From the IMG/VR virus record IMGVR_UViG_3300042568_000222: DNA of 64,000 nucleotides; one strand, 5' to 3'. Under the pieces are notes generated by a model. The model ran no database searches, was not told the DNA's origin, and saw only the letters and a list, made by a program, of their open reading frames with translations. The stretch is from an uncultured virus (IMG/VR IMGVR_UViG_3300042568_000222). Lineage: Duplodnaviria; Heunggongvirae; Uroviricota; Caudoviricetes; Crassvirales. Made by a program: the position numbers and the translations under genes. Shown piece after piece: positions 58,850-64,000 of this stretch (positions are counted from its first letter, which is position 1; each line of letters starts with the position of its first letter).

Positions 58850-58903
58850 GATACAAAGATACAGAACACTAACCGCTGCACAAACCGTTTTATCCACATA
58901 AAT

Positions 58904-59053
58904 ATGAAGCTGATCAAGAGAAAGGATGGGTCGTACTCCAAGAGGGGCCTGTGGGACAACATACGAGCCAACAGAGGATCTGGGAAGGAACCTACGGCAG
59001 CGATGCTCAAGCAGGAGCGTAAGATCAAGAAGGCAGAAAAGAAAAGGGGCTAA
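58904..59053 (+). CDS. Small basic protein (49 aa)
   Basis: MKLIKRKDGSYSKRGLWDNIRANRGSGKEPT... Confidence 0.7.
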   Translation: MKLIKRKDGSYSKRGLWDNIRANRGSGKEPTAAMLKQERKIKKAEKKRG

Positions 59054-59062
59054 CGCCCCTTC
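59044..59062. terminator. Hairpin at the convergence of the late and replication arms
   Basis: AAGGGGC-TAAC-GCCCCTT; U-tract on the minus strand. Confidence 0.65.
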
Positions 59063-59106
59063 TCCAAAGTGATATAGCTGGCTTACCCAGCATTCTGATA
59101 TCGGCT

Positions 59107-61002
59107 TCATCTCACTGGACAAGCGCCTGAGTCACAATCTGTGATGTCAACATCGTCGAATTTGATACCATCAATTGATACCAACGGACTTACCATCTCA
59201 GACATCCTGTTGTATTCTTCTTCCGTGATTTCTTCCAACGGGGCCTGATCGAACCCATGGTCGTTATGAAGCAAGAAGGAAACTGTCTTGACGTTGGGGT
59301 AGTTGTTAACCAGCCACGCCTTGATTTCATCCAACTCTTCCAGTCTGTAGTAGATGGTTACAGACACTGCGTTATCTGACCACTCTTTCTGCAAACGCTT
59401 GATAACCTCAAGCTGATCCACAGCGGTCATGTCCTTTGCCAGCTTGGTCCCATCTGGGAACTTACATGGGAAGCTTACTACCTCTGTGCTGTGGTCCTCC
59501 GTGCCGTCGAAGTTGCGTACAAACTCTACTGGATAACCAGCGTCCTTTGCTGCTCTAACAAGAGGGCTATTTGAGGCCATCCTAACTCTTCTGATGTAGA
59601 ATTGGCTATAGGCAGGATGTGCGCCTGGTGTAACGCCAGCGAGAAGACTAAGTGTTCCAGATGGCTTAACCGTGGTGAGCTTAATGCTTCTATTGAATCC
59701 AATAATGTTAGAGTATTCTTCATCGTATGCTCTGATGTATACATAGCAATCGCTCAACCATGAACGCTGCTCTTCTGTGGCCTGAAGATAACCAGTAACC
59801 CCAATGCCCATGCGCATATTCTCATGCACAATCTGCTCTGTTTCTTCTACGGCACATTTGATTGCCAGGCTGTGCTTGTTGATTCGGTACAGGTATCTGA
59901 CTACCTTCTTCAGTTCTGCGTATGATGTGATGTTCGGGAGGTATACCTCTGCGAGGCAGCACGTCTCAAAGTTTGCAAGGCTCTGCTCTGCACACGGGTT
60001 AAACCCTTGAACGTCTTGGTCAGGGTATTGGGTCTCACCTGTACGCCCCATCCGACGCGCGGCATCCAAGTTAATCAACCCATATGGCTCTCCGTTGCCC
60101 TTGTAGCCCTCCCAGAACTCTTCTGGCAGGTCATTGATGTTGGAGCACACTACGCTGTTGTTAGACATGGCTCTCCAGTTCGGGATGTTGCCAAGGTCCC
60201 AACGCTTTGCACGCAGGTAATCGATGTCGTCAGCATCTCCGATAGCAATCTGTGCAGAGCGCCTTACGTTACCAGCCACCACGATTCTGCCAATGATGTT
60301 CATGATGTCTAGGCAGTCTGTAGGAGTCAGGTACTCACCATTCTTTCCGTTCAGCAGCTTGTTAATTTCCATCATGCCCCACACGAGGTCCTCTGGGCCA
60401 CTGGCCACACCCCCGAATCCTTTGATAGGAGAGCCTTTAGAGCGAATCAAATGCGTAGCGAAGGTGAACCCCTTACCAGTAACAAACGAAGCCTCCAGCA
60501 CCTTCTTAAGCAGCTGAACCCACCCTTCTCTGCTGTCGGGGACAATGAAGTCAGCATCGTTTTGATCTACACGCTTAATCTCTACGTTCTCGTATGGGTT
60601 TGCCAAGTATTTTACGTTGTGTCTCTGGATGTTGAATCCAACCCCACTACCCAGCATAAGCATCTCAAATGCCCACGTAAAAGGACGGATCTCTTCGTCT
60701 ACCACTACGAAGGCGCAGTTCTGCAAGGAAGGGAGTCCAAGCTTGTCTACGGTCTCTGTGCCAAGCTGCCACAGGAACCTCCCAGCTACAGTTCCTTTGA
60801 GGCTGAGCATGATGTCACGAACATCTTGCTTCTCTGCTTCATTGAAATCACATCCAAGCTGATCGTTGCAAGCATTTACCACGCGTTCAACGGTCTCATG
60901 CCATTCTTCTGTTCTGTTGTCAATGGCTCTGGCGTAGGTTCTTTTGAAGACGGGGTAACCTACTTCCCCCCACGGAATCGTGGACGAATTAACAGTGTTC
61001 AT
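59107..61002 (-). CDS. nrdJ: Class II (B12-dependent) ribonucleotide reductase
   Basis: AGRFLW, LQNCAF, MLGSGVGF, VAGNVRRSA, NPCAEQ, ETCCL, TTVKPSGT, C-terminal CDSGACPVR. Confidence 0.95.
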   Translation of the reverse strand: MNTVNSSTIPWGEVGYPVFKRTYARAIDNRTEEWHETVERVVNACNDQLGCDFNEAEKQDVRDIMLSLKGTVAGRFLWQLGTETVDKLGLPSLQNCAFVVVDEEIRPFTWAFEMLMLGSGVGFNIQRHNVKYLANPYENVEIKRVDQNDADFIVPDSREGWVQLLKKVLEASFVTGKGFTFATHLIRSKGSPIKGFGGVASGPEDLVWGMMEINKLLNGKNGEYLTPTDCLDIMNIIGRIVVAGNVRRSAQIAIGDADDIDYLRAKRWDLGNIPNWRAMSNNSVVCSNINDLPEEFWEGYKGNGEPYGLINLDAARRMGRTGETQYPDQDVQGFNPCAEQSLANFETCCLAEVYLPNITSYAELKKVVRYLYRINKHSLAIKCAVEETEQIVHENMRMGIGVTGYLQATEEQRSWLSDCYVYIRAYDEEYSNIIGFNRSIKLTTVKPSGTLSLLAGVTPGAHPAYSQFYIRRVRMASNSPLVRAAKDAGYPVEFVRNFDGTEDHSTEVVSFPCKFPDGTKLAKDMTAVDQLEVIKRLQKEWSDNAVSVTIYYRLEELDEIKAWLVNNYPNVKTVSFLLHNDHGFDQAPLEEITEEEYNRMSEMVSPLVSIDGIKFDDVDITDCDSGACPVR

Positions 61003-61036
61003 AAGTAATTTATTTTTGGAAAGACCGCGAAGATAA

Positions 61037-61537
61037 TCAGAAATCTACAGCGTATCCCCAAACTCTGAAGGTTTCTAAACCCCTCAAATCGTGTAAGTTG
61101 ATGTAAGAGATTACATCCTTCCTACCAGACCTAGTGTACTTTTTCTTGTACGCGTCATCTCTTTTCTGAACGAATACATCCTGTACGTTATTTAGGCTGT
61201 ATTCTAGCAGGTCGAGTCGGTCTACTATGGCGAAGCCACATAGTTCTGGGATGTCTATGGCAATGATCTTTGCATCCCCATAAATCCATCCCTTATTGCC
61301 AATCACGTTGGTGAATTCAACCCATATGAGGTTGACGTTCATGTTTTCCTTCACATCCACTCCCCAAGGGCCTTTGCCTTGGTAGGTGATCCAAACGTCA
61401 ATGTGTCGATTAACATCATCCTGTATGCTTGCTGGGAGTGTCTCAAACCCCAATGCAAGACAACTGTTTATGAATCGGTTTTGGCTTGCGAAAGACCTAT
61501 TATACCCCTGCTTTACCTTGTGTCTCCAGGTACTCAT
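61037..61537 (-). CDS. PD-(D/E)xK-like nuclease-fold protein
   Basis: HIDVW..GVDVK..IWVEF.NV.G.KGWIYGDA. Confidence 0.6.
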   Translation of the reverse strand: MSTWRHKVKQGYNRSFASQNRFINSCLALGFETLPASIQDDVNRHIDVWITYQGKGPWGVDVKENMNVNLIWVEFTNVIGNKGWIYGDAKIIAIDIPELCGFAIVDRLDLLEYSLNNVQDVFVQKRDDAYKKKYTRSGRKDVISYINLHDLRGLETFRVWGYAVDF

Positions 61538-61730
61538 TCAGGGCTTCTTTAATTAAATCAGTTTCTATAGCCACAGAGGACTTGAACCTCTTGACGCTTT
61601 CAAGAACCTTGTCCTTTTCAATATTTGCGCTCCCGTTTATTTCATGAAGTTTCTCGTATAGTTCCTCCGCTTCATCGCAGATCCTAGACGTAGACAAGAA
61701 ATACATACTAGATAACCTAAATCTGTCCAT
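61500..61730 (-). CDS. Hypothetical protein
   Basis: 76-aa ORF coupled within the replication block. Confidence 0.65.
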   Translation of the reverse strand: MDRFRLSSMYFLSTSRICDEAEELYEKLHEINGSANIEKDKVLESVKRFKSSVAIETDLIKEALNEYLETQGKAGV

Positions 61731-62205
61731 TTTTAATCAAATCCTTTATAATATTCAAACACTCGTCTACTTGAAACTTATTCTTTGGGATAAATAACGC
61801 TGGAAGCGGTTTGTTTTCTTTGTAAAGGTAATTTAAGAACAGCTTCCATCTAAGTGGAAACGTGTGCTGTGAAGGTGTATACCCTTTGGTTTCAATGATC
61901 CAGTTGTGGTCCCTTCCTACAAAGTCTGGGGTATACTTAATCGGCAAGACCGCATTCCCAGTTTTGTTAAGCAGTTCCTTCCCCTTGGGGGTCATCTTCC
62001 AGTATTCACCCTCGTAATTGAACCCTTCTTGAAGCGTAAACTCTGCTTCCTCGTAGGCAAAACTTATCCCCAATTCAGACAACCTGTCAGCGCAGTATTT
62101 CTCTAGGGAGGATTTGTATCTGCCGAGTTCTCTTTTGCGTGCTGTCGCTCGTGCTGGGGTTTGGGACCCCGCACGTTGCTTCGCACGATTGCTGTGCCTT
62201 GGCAT
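61717..62205 (-). CDS. T7 endonuclease I-like Holliday junction resolvase
   Basis: YKSSLE..FAYE..YTPDF..IIETKG. Confidence 0.85.
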   Translation of the reverse strand: MPRHSNRAKQRAGSQTPARATARKRELGRYKSSLEKYCADRLSELGISFAYEEAEFTLQEGFNYEGEYWKMTPKGKELLNKTGNAVLPIKYTPDFVGRDHNWIIETKGYTPSQHTFPLRWKLFLNYLYKENKPLPALFIPKNKFQVDECLNIIKDLIKNGQI

Positions 62206-62241
62206 TGGGCAAAGTTACAGACTTTTTCGTTGAAAGTCAAA

Positions 62242-64000
62242 TTATATATTTCTGTCGAACTCACGATACACATCGAACTGATTTGTAATGGGTTGGAATA
62301 GTCCACCTAAAGTATTGCTTGAGGCAAAACCAGTCATTGTGGAGTTTATGTGGAACAATAGCGGCTCATCGATGGGTGTAGGCTGTCCTCCAGTTTTCAC
62401 TTCACGCACCTTACGTACATGAATCTCAGTGCTTTTGCGTATCGCAGGGTCGGGAGATTGGATCTTTCTGTGAATGGTCAGGAACCCGTCTGCACGGTTA
62501 ACAAACTTTCCACCACCCTCTGTGTCTTCTGCGTAAGGAGCTACAGGAAGGCCGTCATCTCCCTTCCTACGTTGGGCTTCTGTAACAGCGTGCATATTGA
62601 GCCATACAGCCACGTTGTGGGCCTTGCTGAACGTAAGAAACTCAGAAGCAGCTTCGTAGTGGTAGTCGTGAACCCCGATGCTGTTTGATTTCATAGAAAT
62701 CTTCAAGCTATTGTAGGGATCAATAAAAACTGCATCCACCTTGTCGTAGCGCATAGTCTTCTCCATGAACATGATCAAGTCGCCATAGGAGTACGTCTCG
62801 TTGTTCTTGATGATAGTGAAATGCTCGTTGACGTACTTGTAGGCAGTCTTCCTTTGGTCGTAGTTCATGTCAATCAGTTTCCGCTGCGTACAGAACTCCA
62901 TCAGCGTCCCCTTGAGTGACCACGTGCTGTTCTCGCTGCTGTACACGAGCCACTTCCAATTGTGACGGATGGCAGCGTTCACCATCAGGTATAATACCAT
63001 CGTAGTCTTACCTACGTTGCTGTGACCATTGAAGATGACGAACTCGTTCTTGTACCTGAAGTACTCGTCCATCCTGATATCACCTGTATCCAATCCAATT
63101 TTAATCTTCCCCTCTGCAAACTCATTGATCAGGTGGAAGTCGTTGTTGTCGCTACTGATGAATGACATATCCCCATCGTTGATTCGCATCTCACGTTCAA
63201 TAGAACGCTCGTCGCTAACCAATTCGTGGATCGGTGTAGTCCTGCCATATTCGATGCCTTGGCGTATCGTGTCAAGGGCTGTGCTTTCAGAATCTACATC
63301 CCGTTTCTGTATCTCACGGAACAAGACCCTGACCACCTCGTCTTCTTCCATCCTCCCCACGCCTACGTAACCGCCACATAGCTTGGCTGCCTTTAATAGC
63401 GTGTGGTGCTTCTGCCCATCTTCTGCCTGGCGGATCATCTTCGCTGCCAGGTTCAGCTTCATGTAGTCGGTGTATATCTCCGTAGAGGTAACCGCCTGTT
63501 CTGTTACGGAACCAGCAAGACCACCATACAAAGTACTTCCTTCGTTGATGACGATGTTTGGGTCGTACGATTCAAAGCAAGCCCGTGATTCATTGATCCC
63601 AGTCTCGTCTACGTACAACCCGTAAGTCACATCGAAATACTTCTTCAATGACCTGAAGTGATCCCTGTGGCGCTCTGGGTTGGTAATCTTCACCAGCACC
63701 TTGAGTCCATTGCCCGAAGGGGATACCCAACACGAATAGACGTACTGATCCGTAGCTAGGATGTCCTTGGATTGGGACACGTCAATCTTGTCAAAGTCAA
63801 GTACGATGTATCCGCTGTGTTCCACCATGGCATCGTCTTCACGAGAAGTAAATTCTCCGCTAAACAATACCACTGGGAGCAGCATCTTATCGTTCTTCTC
63901 ACCTTCACGCACCCTCTCCACCGTCTCCCTGCTCGTACCATCCTTGATACGCTTCAGGGCAGTCTCCATCCATATGGTATGGGGCTGCGAGGTGGAGTAG
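62242..64000 (-). CDS. Primase-helicase (BT4734/VirE-N-like domain fused to DnaB-like helicase), 5'-partial
   Basis: LPVVLFSGEF, IVLDFD, WVSPSGNGLK, RACFESYDP; GHSNVGKT, FIDPYN, GGGKFVNRAD; frame open to the window edge. Confidence 0.85.
   Translation of the reverse strand, partial: YSTSQPHTIWMETALKRIKDGTSRETVERVREGEKNDKMLLPVVLFSGEFTSREDDAMVEHSGYIVLDFDKIDVSQSKDILATDQYVYSCWVSPSGNGLKVLVKITNPERHRDHFRSLKKYFDVTYGLYVDETGINESRACFESYDPNIVINEGSTLYGGLAGSVTEQAVTSTEIYTDYMKLNLAAKMIRQAEDGQKHHTLLKAAKLCGGYVGVGRMEEDEVVRVLFREIQKRDVDSESTALDTIRQGIEYGRTTPIHELVSDERSIEREMRINDGDMSFISSDNNDFHLINEFAEGKIKIGLDTGDIRMDEYFRYKNEFVIFNGHSNVGKTTMVLYLMVNAAIRHNWKWLVYSSENSTWSLKGTLMEFCTQRKLIDMNYDQRKTAYKYVNEHFTIIKNNETYSYGDLIMFMEKTMRYDKVDAVFIDPYNSLKISMKSNSIGVHDYHYEAASEFLTFSKAHNVAVWLNMHAVTEAQRRKGDDGLPVAPYAEDTEGGGKFVNRADGFLTIHRKIQSPDPAIRKSTEIHVRKVREVKTGGQPTPIDEPLLFHINSTMTGFASSNTLGGLFQPITNQFDVYREFDRNI

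Overview
The window is most of the genome of a lytic-looking, podovirus-type phage with a Crassvirales-like layout. Its promoters (TTTG-N19/20-TAnnTTTG) point to a Bacteroidota, probably Flavobacteriales-like, host. Bases 1-6.5 kb are small minus-strand early genes (FISUMP protein, DUF932, Gp88-like, DnaA-C-like HTH), driven by five copies of a GTTAA-box promoter. A non-coding strand-switch region follows at about 6.5-6.9 kb. The plus-strand late arm carries small basic proteins, an M15 endolysin, a GroES-like chaperonin, a methyltransferase plus three glycosyltransferases, tRNAs, thyX, terminase, portal, two Thr-rich collagen-like fibres, scaffold, major capsid protein, tail ring and stabilisation proteins, large ejection-type proteins (one LPD38-like), a holin and an M43 protease. 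The right end is a minus-strand replication block (nrdJ, endonuclease I, truncated primase-helicase). The best leads are: (1) an unannotated ~75-nt sRNA with its own promoter and terminator, complementary to the early-gene leaders; (2) a probable collagen-fibre glycosylation system; (3) a shared [YF]xxGG tag on otherwise unrelated proteins; (4) a DGR-type variable region with no RT in view; (5) tRNA-Ile(UAU) and a tRNA with an 8-nt anticodon loop; (6) predicted leaderless mRNAs; (7) host-like Cys-rich and dockerin-like modules in a split tail protein and a secreted protease. All family calls come from motif recognition by eye, not from database searches.
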